DNA of 50,188 nucleotides from Candidatus Omnitrophota bacterium (GTDB taxonomy: Bacteria > Omnitrophota > Gorgyraeia > JABMRG01), in contig JAUVHV010000010.1 of assembly GCA_030593065.1 (NCBI GenBank), positions 1 to 50,188 of the forward strand, read 5' to 3'. The notes beneath the pieces are model-generated. The model searched no databases. It worked only from the letters and a program-made list of their open reading frames with translations, and was not told the origin of the DNA. The translations under genes and the position numbers were made by a program. This document shows, piece after piece, positions 12,001 to 16,320 of the stretch (its first letter is position 1; every line of letters begins with the position of its first letter).

Positions 12001-12348
12001 TCGCAGAAGCTTAAAGAGATAAACGAAGGCCAGGGTATCAAGATAGAGAAGATGTACGACCTTAGCGAAGAGCAGGCTGGTGATACAGATTATATTATGA
12101 ATAAGACATTAGAGATCAAAGCATTAGTAGAGCTCAGCCAGGAGATTCTATCCAAGACAGACGATACGCCTATAGTCAAGAGCTGGTTAGAGTCCGAGGC
12201 TACTGTCATTCCTGCGCCTGCCCCGTACCTGAGCGAAGCGAGTGATACGGGGGAAGCAGGAATCCAGAGCACTGGGCCAGAGACCCCTGAGTTAGAGGTT
12301 CCTGAAACGGAGTCAGAAGAGCCAATAGTCCAGAACTGGATGGAGTAA
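1..12348 (+). CDS. Giant repeat-rich secreted/surface protein, 5'-truncated by the window edge (about 4,115 codons visible)
   Basis: Unbroken + frame from base 1 to TAA at 12346-12348. Codons 1-9 (AYD) complete the recurring motif AAGYDxxxNYxxDxSVTW, so the true start lies upstream. Thr/Ala/Ser/Asp-rich, with many 90-110 aa Ig-like (Big-type) repeats, lectin-like modules, a propeller-like repeat block, a C-terminal coiled coil and an acidic tail. Confidence 0.9.
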   Translation, partial: AYDVYDNYIADQSVTWSVTGDFDDSDLTATSGASTTFSPDNTGTGTVTAVHAAATDDATGDITVSVGALNYVKIETAASGAGSEVTTHSMTTDDTLTVYAAGYDTEGNYIQDESVTWGKTGTLDETPVGPATSTEFSPSTSATSGTITATHASATDDATDTISVGVGAATKLGYTQQPSATATAGTAFATQPILAVQDAEGNTVTTDDTTQITLSRSTGTDTLQGTATLTVTDGLATFSGLYYNTAETMNIAATQTAADTTINFTTEASYTQEDAADGTDFDGGVAKLYNPFSIINGVWTIVDDDLATKGTGTGYLMWPRLLSCEATNFNGTKQWKTANNAGQPVWDDVAKSYTYPGAETAANYPAFGWAEGVEYKGYTDWRLPTRIDLLGACFTENLNWPAESGSAYYWSSTEDSAVTTTAYFVRQDNCWSNYGFAKANLYHVVAVRTGQPSYPTSQAYYITTAAASQVDTSTWTGMTEVNITETTPTDTSIKYLVSFDGRTTWKQWTGSAWTASSLANLQTEGMTKTEVEAITQAQWETSGGFVPATTTVLDFAADLLTTSSSATPELDLISVNYTTALDYTSATSNNIEVSAAAVDHYDITEPTTATAGADFEVTVTPHDANNNTTTGSATVTLSAETAQAVAGTGTLSSVLKPTLIIDTSGGAVTVTDLQYTKAEDIKIKATDGTKTSTFADITNTITVNPAAIYDYTVPGPTPQTAGTGWSETISALDTYDNTVTTDSSTVIAMTNTGSAKFYPDNTYDTTSGTYTWTQTLDADFNAGADSDVTVSGDSVILGEASEWVASSLDSVGTKYTSIALDSLGKVHMSYAGGNVLKYATNATGAWVYTAIDSGGVIKDTSIALDSSNKVYISYLDSTAHYAKYATNATGTWVTSTIEVTYTYDIGSIAIDSTNKAHVAYGTSNGVRYATNSTGSWTYEAVASGSVGNYFRYLALDSADKVHISYLDTGLKYATNATGAWITSILDSVGDVGRDNCIAIDSTDKAHISYYDRTNMSLKYATNTTGTWVTSTLDSAGTELSYIFNDSIAIDSNNKPHISYNHYGNTDLKYATNVTGAWVYTTIDSVGSVGYYNSIAIDSNNKPHISYADATNGSLKYAYQTTYQSSGNLTSSSYDAGASASFISISWSATTPTDTLVKFQVATNTDNLTWTFIGPDGTASTYYTVSGQALHSSHADDQYVKYKTYFETSDTSATPTLSDVTVSDAPEITAYTLTAGEAIIYVKDTTAETITITATDNNDKTGTSSSIVVDPATLSSITIRDAAANAGSAIDTYTMTADDTYTLYAAGYDEYGNYRTGDESVTWAVTGTLDATPTGPATSTIFAPSTAPTSGTITATSGAVTDATGTITVNVGILASITIEDAASSAGSAVGDYTMTTDDTYTLYAAGYDAEANYVADQSVTWAVTGTLDATPTGPATSTTFSPSTAPKSGTITADDGATHIDITGTITVNPGATTKLGFTTQPSATATAGTAFTTQPVIAVQDAEGNTVISDSSTQITLARSTGTDTLQGTTTATVSSGLATFSGLSYNTAETMNILAQQATADTTINFTTEASYTQEDAADGTDFDSGVTKLHPTLNPYTKLLIHSDTTDASVTFADSSTSVNVITPVGDAKHSILAQKFGATSMYFDGTGDYLSIPNSADWDFGSGDFTVDFWIKPATWKTEWSPFGWQVWGYMPFIPQVITGDGNLALWGSSTGSSWDLFGGDLVAILVLDNWQHLAFVRDGNNFKVYLDGSETYSEDITGISFMNSPGVMTIGESQVGADKGFNGYIDELRVSKGTARWTSNFTPPTSAYSGATTYPTAAYYVTTAAASQVDTSAWTGMTGVSITQTTPTDTSTKYLVSFDGRTTWKYWSGSAWTASLLANLQAEGMTKTEVEAITQAQWEASGGFVPATTITLDFAADLATTDNTVTPEIDLISVNYTTASDYTSATSNNVVVSAAGLNSFVVDAPPTAIAGTTFSTTITAKDVYNNTTTEVSLATALTVSAGTITPTSILAAEFTNDGIWTGNITLKAAVGEITITATNGAIVDTDIVSVSAAPDGTLVAGDLVEPAVISSLVDTEAEKLNVFDFKITDAAADELTLKLKQIVITQGANNTAVDWTAYIAGASITDGATIVAATVNAANLTFGDGTVAIFTLLEDAINAKTYTLSIWLESTLPAAGDGKIIEFDIDPNDDIAVDSSGSVFDAAAVSITSASKPVITVVATELRFVPGPSSTCTINNDIAQHPIIKATDANGNVDLDDTEILTITPVLASVNATAGSGTLSLTPASGSALIDGVYTNTVLQYDTVEAIDLKIVGATLGGPYYSDQIVFSAQGTSTVDAVTTPQANFALDPAKDIEANKFSALKFKVTDAGGDSVGTLIDQLTVSISGTGANASSDIVWAELYRDTATAGQVAEAVSITDTSIVFGATPNSGSDAGLDTVADSSSVEYTINIYMKPTVLTAIDNQAYIFGIGDSGIGTDSATSSQMGTSVSPVSDVTGTVTVSVSKLVVTGSSATMDAGSSIELTITAKDANNNIDLDYIGAKSLTFSGLSTIEGNVPVVETIGFDTAFSHTFASGVSTANGLTLIAYEAGSSSVDVTDATYSSSGVDDDLDLVINPLTAIKAGLSGPSEVIVAANSDAFTLTSKDTYGNASNVVLTSAFTLTSTTSGIATFLYAGGEVSQVTIVANSSSVNFNYKDTRVAASTTVTATCATGDMIGAATHALEVTPAALHHFTISGEPSTIVAGVAFTSTTNDITVTAYDVGDNLKTNYTGTIIFSSTDTGGSTALPANYVFLSGDAGAHTFSGTSFTLTTAGSKTITVADGAISRTTGAVTVTPADAVTLAVESITDPIVAGVASSVIVTAKDIYDNTDTNYIGTIAFTSSDTYPAVLPADYTFLTANNGTKTFPDGVALKTVGEQSVTVTDTTSSITGTQSDITVTPAGAASLVVTGISDSFVAGSASSVTVTAYDTYDNIATGYTGIVAFTSSDTGASTVLPDNYTFLSGDSGVKTFDGSTSGEIVTLTTSGEKTVTATDTVTSSITGTQSDITVTPISAVSLTVTGISDPFTAGTASGVTVTAYDTYDNIATGYTGIVAFTSSDDGASTVLPSNYTFLSSNSGVKAFDGVTAGYKVTLTTAGEKTVTATDTVTSSITGTQSAITVNPAATDAFTLTSPADILAGARAAYTVTRYDVYDNLRTAGADTIYLYSSSTGSNKAFKDAATDGSTIASLVIADNSSSTNFWYYDEKASVLPAALTAEFTITVSDSAGTADSTTGIDDASDTLKISPAARNKYKVTAGSLTMLAGGYVSITINSYDTYDNVNALFNDANVSVVFSGASIAPDGTTYPKCSYTSPTSTLINFGTATLLNFAIGEATSVMHLFAAETAHIKATQGTIITSASDDLDIIVTGGTATQLTFNTQNLPVTTAVKNAPWPAFTIDISDAYGNLTSEAVAVTIEPVGATALPLGGTATVTSSSGQSIFSNVTYPEATILLQVKATAVAAGLTEAAYTPVITVLDKYNVIWSLLDYVAGTGLSSVNVNIYDGANALVTDSVPVSSGDLVNSGFNIYLPYDSVGYDFEFSKTAYVSATESDKLFNSTSDGADGTYDGTVNASLIMMSVAESLADYNVLTDFVYDENGDVLYISARLERRGQQILTSGIRSLQTCTIKIYDSRYPTSAIYTNSLATADALGNYWFTITDAVDVGGFVSGRSYFAKIDVIYGVTNGTTTTYSAATTFDIGVAARLKTWTEEIQEEVSGVKTDLATQAGLTRTAVTTAVESIEDAVSTEADVTQEAIADEADVTQAAIATQAVATQVKVTAAKEVLRTKLQLESASRILNQQSTIRNNGTLVVRYKTSPSLIPVITVYDPSHNKRVSDKKMTETISGASGIYEYSVKFIWGLGEHTIICQEVGTGTLDGMNIEVIATDLEDISTSLTTATATLAGIDTDELGMMSSKIAEINSFVSRMISSVDELSQLRTKTEGLASDASAAIYDQLELASQKLKEINEGQGIKIEKMYDLSEEQAGDTDYIMNKTLEIKALVELSQEILSKTDDTPIVKSWLESEATVIPAPAPYLSEASDTGEAGIQSTGPETPELEVPETESEEPIVQNWME
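1072..1360 (+). other. DUF1566 / Lcl C-terminal-like module inside the giant ORF
   Basis: The peptide YKGYTDWRLPTRIDLLGAC...YYWSSTEDS...AYFVRQDN...YHVVAVR matches the DWRLPT ... YWSST ... V(R)xVR signature I know for DUF1566. Confidence 0.6.
2400..3360 (+). repeat. 7-8 tandem ~40-aa repeats (beta-propeller-like) inside the giant ORF
   Basis: Repeated units of the form LKYATN(A/T)TG(A/T)W(V/I)xxxIDSxGxxGxxxSIA(I/L)DSxxKxHISY, read directly in the translation. Spacing is regular, at about 115-130 nt. Confidence 0.75.
4795..5455 (+). other. LamG / concanavalin-A-like lectin module inside the giant ORF
   Basis: MYFDGTGDYLSIPNSADWDFGSGDFTVDFWIKP ... WQHLAFVRDGNNFKVYLDGS ... GYIDELRVSKGTARW is the typical Laminin_G_3-type pattern. 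Confidence 0.65.
8190..9495 (+). repeat. Four tandem ~105-110 aa Ig-like domains; the last two are near-identical
   Basis: Each unit contains VAG.AS.VTVTAYD.YDN...YTG.(I/V)AFTSSD....LP..YTFL....G.K.F....TL.T.GE.(T/S)VT.TD...SITGTQS.ITV.P. Units at about 8830-9160 and 9165-9495 share long identical nucleotide runs. Confidence 0.8.
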
Positions 12349-12386
12349 TGGGGTCAAGTGGAGAATCTAAGTGAGGAGTATAAAAC

Positions 12387-13139
12387 ATGAGTAGAAGAAA
12401 ATTGGTAGGATCGATTTTACTGGCAATTATTTTTTCTTTTTTAGCAAAAGAAGCAACATGTAACATTACCTTGAAGACCTTAGTAGTCAACCCCTCCAAA
12501 ACAAAGACCCAGACAGCTATTCTTAAGGCCTATCTGCCCAAAGAGGCAACTGCTGAAGACGTAATCGACTTAGGGGATTTAAGGATAGATTATGATATTG
12601 AAAAAGGGCTCTATTTTGTTTACCAAAAATATGAGCTTGGGCCCGGAGAGAGCATAAGCCGCGAGATAGAGATTAGGGATGTCTGGGTAATATCAAAAGC
12701 GGAGATAGACTCCCTGCTCAGCCAGGCAAGGGAATTGGCGGAAAAGCTGAGGGGTACTGCCTATTTTGATATGGCTGTTGCGTTGAAAGAGGATATTGAA
12801 AGTAAAGCTAAGGATATTTTAGAGAGGCAGGAGAGGGCAATGAATGCCCTGCCCCAGACTCATATCGGAGCGTATAGAAAAAATGTAAAAATACTGGATT
12901 TAACTAACATCGAGCTGGCAAAATTAGAGAAGATGGTTATAGAGACCAAAATTGCAACTGGCCCGAAAGCAGAGAGGATTCATGTTAAGGCAACCTGGAA
13001 GCTTATTGTGGCAATGGTTGTTGTCTTAGGTTTACTCTCTTTTGTGTTCCTTGTTATATGGAACCGCCAGGCAACAACAGAAGAGATTAAGCGGAAGATA
13101 GAGTTAGACGAGAAGAAGGATGAAGGGGTCAAGTCTTAA
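12387..13139 (+). CDS. Hypothetical bitopic envelope protein (N-terminal signal/anchor, C-terminal TM helix, short charged tail)
   Basis: GAGGAG RBS lies before the ATG. The N-terminus LVGSILLAIIFSFLA is hydrophobic. The C-terminal helix LIVAMVVVLGLLSFVFLVIW is followed by a Lys/Glu-rich tail. No family was recognised. The stop codon lies inside a REP-like element. Confidence 0.6.
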   Translation: MSRRKLVGSILLAIIFSFLAKEATCNITLKTLVVNPSKTKTQTAILKAYLPKEATAEDVIDLGDLRIDYDIEKGLYFVYQKYELGPGESISREIEIRDVWVISKAEIDSLLSQARELAEKLRGTAYFDMAVALKEDIESKAKDILERQERAMNALPQTHIGAYRKNVKILDLTNIELAKLEKMVIETKIATGPKAERIHVKATWKLIVAMVVVLGLLSFVFLVIWNRQATTEEIKRKIELDEKKDEGVKS

Positions 13140-13160
13140 CATTGTGACTTAAGGACTTGA
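13125..13160 (+). repeat. REP-like element copy (GGGGTCAAGTCTTAACATTGTGACTTAA plus a partial inverted arm TTAAGGACTTGA)
   Basis: Matches the 28-nt consensus seen at 15181, 17903, 17989 (rc), 35391 (rc) and 43277. It overlaps the last codons and stop of the 12387-13139 ORF. Confidence 0.8.
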
Positions 13161-13273
13161 GATTGCCGCGCTCGTTTACACTCGCTCGCAATGACCGGAC
13201 TGAATCCCCACTCACCAATTACACCAAAACCTCAGTTAGTGGTTGATTTCGAATTTCAGATGTGATAAAATTT

Positions 13274-14047
13274 ATGAAAAGATTAGGATTGGTAACAGCC
13301 CTGGTTCTTGTTTTTTTATCTTGCGGCAACGGCCTTTATGCTCAGGATAAAGAGTGGAGCATAAAAAAGAGCAAGCATTTTATTATTTATTACCGTGGCG
13401 TACCGACGGAATATGCCGCTAAAGTGGCCAGGAAAGCGGAGTATTATTATAAAAAAATTATTAATTACTTAGGTTTCAACAGGCTTAATTTCTGGACATG
13501 GGAGAAACGCTGTAAGATCTATCTCTATCCAAGCCGGGAAGAGTATCTAAGGGCTACGAACGCTAAATCCTGGTCAAGCGGAAGAGTGCACGTTATAAAA
13601 AAAGAGATAAATACTTACGCTAAAAAAGGGCAGTTTCTTGATTATATACTTCCCCATGAGATGGGGCATATTATATTCAGAGAGGCTATAGGATATGATA
13701 AGAATCTTCCTTTATGGATTGACGAAGGTGTCGCGATTTTGCAGGAAAAAGACAGAGAAAAATATCTGTTAGCTGCCAGGACGCTTATAAAGGAGAAAAG
13801 TTTTATACCCTTGAATGAATTGTCAGGAATCAGGGGTTATGGTGAAGTTTCACCGCTCAGTTTTTATAGTGAGTCAGCCAGTATAATGGAGTTTCTTCTG
13901 GAAAGATTCACCCGGCGCAAATTTGTAATTTTTTGCCGGAGCCTTCGGGATGGAATAGGATGGAGAGAGGCCTTATTAAAGACATATAGGTTTGAGAGTT
14001 TGGAAGAGTTGGAACGGGCATGGGTTGAGGGATTGATTAAAAGATAA
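13274..14047 (+). CDS. Secreted zinc metallopeptidase, peptidase-MA-like (HEXXH)
   Basis: Signal peptide MKRLGLVTALVLVFLSCGNGLYA|Q. The motif HEMGH is followed by WIDEGVAILQE (HEXXH ... EG.A, as in the Peptidase_MA_2 family). I prefer the ATG at 13274 over the GTG at 13262. Confidence 0.7.
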   Translation: MKRLGLVTALVLVFLSCGNGLYAQDKEWSIKKSKHFIIYYRGVPTEYAAKVARKAEYYYKKIINYLGFNRLNFWTWEKRCKIYLYPSREEYLRATNAKSWSSGRVHVIKKEINTYAKKGQFLDYILPHEMGHIIFREAIGYDKNLPLWIDEGVAILQEKDREKYLLAARTLIKEKSFIPLNELSGIRGYGEVSPLSFYSESASIMEFLLERFTRRKFVIFCRSLRDGIGWREALLKTYRFESLEELERAWVEGLIKR

Positions 14048-14058
14048 AAAGGATTCTT

Positions 14059-14955
14059 ATGGGTGACAAATTTAATATGCTGGTAGTTGAGGACGACGAA
14101 AATACTTTTAAAATTTTAAGCGAAGCATTTGATGATAGTACGTATAAGCTCTGGAGAGTATCTACCGGAAGAGAAGCGCTTAAGCTGATTAAAGAGATCT
14201 ATTTTATAGGGATTATCAGTGAGCTGCATATAGCGGATATTGATATAATTGAATTTATAAATAAGATTAGGAAGATAGATTCCCGTATTAATGTAATTAT
14301 TCTTACAGCTTATTCTTTCGCTGATTCAGCGGTTAAAGCGCTCAAGGCAGGCGCTTATGCATATCTCCTAAAGCCTCTAAATGTTGAAGAGCTAAAATTA
14401 ATATTGAGGCGCTCGATAGAAAATACCTGTTTACTGATACAGGTAGGCAAAAAGAAATATTACCAGGATATATCTATTTTAGACGGCTTGACAAGCGTTT
14501 ATAATCACCGTCATTTTCACGAAATTCTTGAGTGGCAGGTCAACCATATGAAACGTTTTCCCCAGGCTTTTTCCCTGTTTATAATAGATATCGATAATTT
14601 TAAGAAATATAATGATACTTATGGCCATGTTGACGGTGATAAGGTCTTACATGATGTCGCCCAGTTGTTCGTGACGTTGACCAGAGATACTGATATGGTC
14701 TTTAGGTATGGGGGGGAAGAGTTTGCTATAATTATGCCGCAGACCCCAAATCAGCAAGCGCAGCTTATAGGCCAAAGGCTGGTTGATGGGATAAAAAAGC
14801 AATCATCAGTCACTATCAGTGTAGGGCTTAGTACATTTCCGGATGATGCCCATGTAAAAGAGGACTTAGTCACAAGAGCTGATAAGGCGCTTTATCGCGC
14901 AAAACGGATGGGAAAAGACAGAATGTGTATCTATGACAAGAATGTAGACAGATGA
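14059..14955 (+). CDS. Response-regulator receiver domain fused to a GGDEF diguanylate cyclase
   Basis: The N-terminal CheY-like fold has VEDDE, ILTA and LLKP. The C-terminus has an RDTD (RxxD I-site) five residues before the intact GGEEF motif, then KALYRAK. Confidence 0.85.
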   Translation: MGDKFNMLVVEDDENTFKILSEAFDDSTYKLWRVSTGREALKLIKEIYFIGIISELHIADIDIIEFINKIRKIDSRINVIILTAYSFADSAVKALKAGAYAYLLKPLNVEELKLILRRSIENTCLLIQVGKKKYYQDISILDGLTSVYNHRHFHEILEWQVNHMKRFPQAFSLFIIDIDNFKKYNDTYGHVDGDKVLHDVAQLFVTLTRDTDMVFRYGGEEFAIIMPQTPNQQAQLIGQRLVDGIKKQSSVTISVGLSTFPDDAHVKEDLVTRADKALYRAKRMGKDRMCIYDKNVDR

Positions 14956-15164
14956 AGATATTCAGTATTATTTTAGTTATGTTGATCAGCACTTTAGGCC
15001 CATCAGGGGTAATAGCGTTAGTTGGCTATGGCAGCGTAAAAGCTCTGGGCAGAAATCCTTCCGCGGCACCCAAGATTTTAGTCTCTATGATTTTGGCTTT
15101 TATCTTTGCTGAAACAATTGCTATTATGGGACTGCTTATTGTGTATAATCTGTTCGGGGGATAA
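14952..15164 (+). CDS. atpE: F-type ATP synthase subunit c
   Basis: A 70-aa two-helix hairpin with a GRNPS polar loop and a conserved carboxylate in helix 2 (FAETIAIMGLL). The ATG overlaps the TGA of the GGDEF gene (ATGA). Confidence 0.8.
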   Translation: MKIFSIILVMLISTLGPSGVIALVGYGSVKALGRNPSAAPKILVSMILAFIFAETIAIMGLLIVYNLFGG

Positions 15165-15174
15165 TATATAAAAG

Positions 15175-15218
15175 TTTTAAGGGGTCAAGTCTCAACATTG
15201 CTACTTAACCCCTTAAAA
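15175..15218 (+). repeat. REP-like element copy with terminal inverted repeat TTTTAAGGGG / CCCCTTAAAA
   Basis: GGGGTCAAGTCTCAACATTGCTACTTAA at 15181-15208. A 10-bp stem is formed by 15175-15184 and 15209-15218. It lies between atpE and atpF. Confidence 0.8.
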
Positions 15219-15234
15219 AAAAGGAGTTAAAACA

Positions 15235-15969
15235 ATGCCGATCTGGCAAATGATTTTAGTACAGCTAGTTACATTTATTTTTATTGTCCTCTTTTTAAGG
15301 TGGCTATTGCACGCGCATATCGGCCAGGCTTTAAGAAGGCTGCAACGGCTCAACCAGCAGAATCTGGAGAGGGAAAAAGCATTAAAAGAAGAATTAGAGC
15401 GGGCAAGGAAAGAAGTCAAAAGAAGGATTGAAGAAGGCCAGCATCAGGCTGAGGATATAAAGCAGCAAGCAAGAAAAGAAGCTGAAAAAGACAGGGAAAA
15501 TATGTTTATCAGCGCCAGGAGAGAAGCGCAGAGAATGATTAATGACGCGGCAAGAGATTGCCAGAGAAAGAAAGCCGAGCTTACTTTAGAGATGCAGCAA
15601 AAGTCGGTATATTTAGCTATTGAGATGATAAAACATATTTTTACAGAGCAGAACCAGCAGGATCTGCATACAAAGCTTATTGATGAATTGATTGGTGAGA
15701 TAAAAAAGCTGGAACAAGGGAAAGTAAAGGCGGACGGAGGCAAGGCTGAAGTTATCTGCGCTTACGCGTTAAACGAGAGTCAAAGAAAGAGGTTAAAAGA
15801 AGCCTTGTCTTCTAAATTGAAGAGAGATATCTCGCTGAATGAGAGCATAGATAAAGAGATAATTGACGGCTTAATTGTAAAATTGGGGGGATTTGTGATC
15901 GATGGTTCCATAAAAAACAAGTTTAAGAAAATTCTACCCCTGATGAAAGACAAAGCAAAAACACTGTAA
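15235..15969 (+). CDS. atpF: F-type ATP synthase subunit b fused to a delta (OSCP)-like C-terminal segment
   Basis: Strong RBS AAGGAG. It has an N-terminal TM helix and a long Arg/Glu/Lys/Gln coiled coil typical of subunit b. The C-terminal stretch AEVICAYALNESQRKRLKEALSSKL...IDGLIVKLGGFVIDGSIKNKF resembles the delta C-terminal domain (GG..DgS). No separate atpH gene is present. Confidence 0.7.
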   Translation: MPIWQMILVQLVTFIFIVLFLRWLLHAHIGQALRRLQRLNQQNLEREKALKEELERARKEVKRRIEEGQHQAEDIKQQARKEAEKDRENMFISARREAQRMINDAARDCQRKKAELTLEMQQKSVYLAIEMIKHIFTEQNQQDLHTKLIDELIGEIKKLEQGKVKADGGKAEVICAYALNESQRKRLKEALSSKLKRDISLNESIDKEIIDGLIVKLGGFVIDGSIKNKFKKILPLMKDKAKTL

Positions 15970-15994
15970 AAAATAGAAGGGGTAAAGTAATTTT

Positions 15995-16019
15995 GTCATT
16001 CCCGTGCAAACGGGAATCC
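15995..16019. repeat. 25-nt palindromic hairpin flanking the GIY-YIG ORF on the left (GTCATTCCCGTGCAAACGGGAATCC)
   Basis: The stem ATTCCCG/CGGGAAT was read directly. It is an imperfect inverted copy of 16352-16376. Confidence 0.8.
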
Positions 16020-16028
16020 AGAAATAAA

Positions 16029-16319
16029 ATGAAACAGTATTATGTCTATATGTTAGCAAGTAAAAGAAATGGAACTCTGTATATTGGTGTTACTAATAAT
16101 TTGGTTAGAAGAGTATATGAACATAAACAAGGTTTAATAGAAGGGTTTGTGAAAAAATATAATGTAAACCAATTAGTCTTTTACGAAGAAACAAATGATG
16201 TTGAGAGTGCAATAAATAGAGAGAAACAAATGAAGAAATGGAAGAGGCAATGGAAAATTGATTTGATTCAGAAGAATAATCCTAAATGGGAAGATTTGTA
16301 TAATGAAATAACTGGTTAA
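16029..16319 (+). CDS. Small GIY-YIG domain nuclease (UPF0213/YhbQ-like)
   Basis: YYVYMLASKRNGTLYIGVTNNLVRRVYEHK ... REKQMKKWKR is the classic GIY-(10)-YIG ... R ... E motif set. The start is placed at the ATG at 16029; the upstream in-frame codons come from the flanking hairpin. Confidence 0.85.
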   Translation: MKQYYVYMLASKRNGTLYIGVTNNLVRRVYEHKQGLIEGFVKKYNVNQLVFYEETNDVESAINREKQMKKWKRQWKIDLIQKNNPKWEDLYNEITG

Positions 16320-16320
16320 T

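Noticed and set aside
185-12272. Numerous 60-134 aa ORFs on the - strand, and one alternative + frame ORF, inside the giant gene (for example 185-421, 1380-1652, 5472-5792, 5838-6185, 6498-6902 and 7038-7379).
   Set aside because: They lie entirely within the long, motif-rich + strand frame, have low-complexity Val/Ala/Ser-rich translations, and mirror each other where the gene is internally duplicated. They are by-products of the codon composition of the giant gene.
12350-12360. GGGGTCAAGTG right after the giant gene stop, considered as another REP-like copy.
   Set aside because: Only the first ~10 nt match the consensus. This is too short to call and could be a remnant or chance.
13162-13196. 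ATTGCCGCGCTCGTTTACACTCGCTCGCAATGAC considered as a hairpin element related to the AATGAC-ending repeats near the GIY-YIG gene.
   Set aside because: Only about 5 bp can pair (ATTGC/GCAAT), and similarity to the other repeats is limited to the AATGAC end. It is noted as a possible degenerate relic only.
14952-15164. Na+ specificity of the c subunit, suggested by an E-T pair in helix 2 (FAETIAI).
   Set aside because: The helix-1 Gln and the full Q/E-S-T/Y ligand set of Na+-binding c-rings are not evident, so there is not enough evidence either way.
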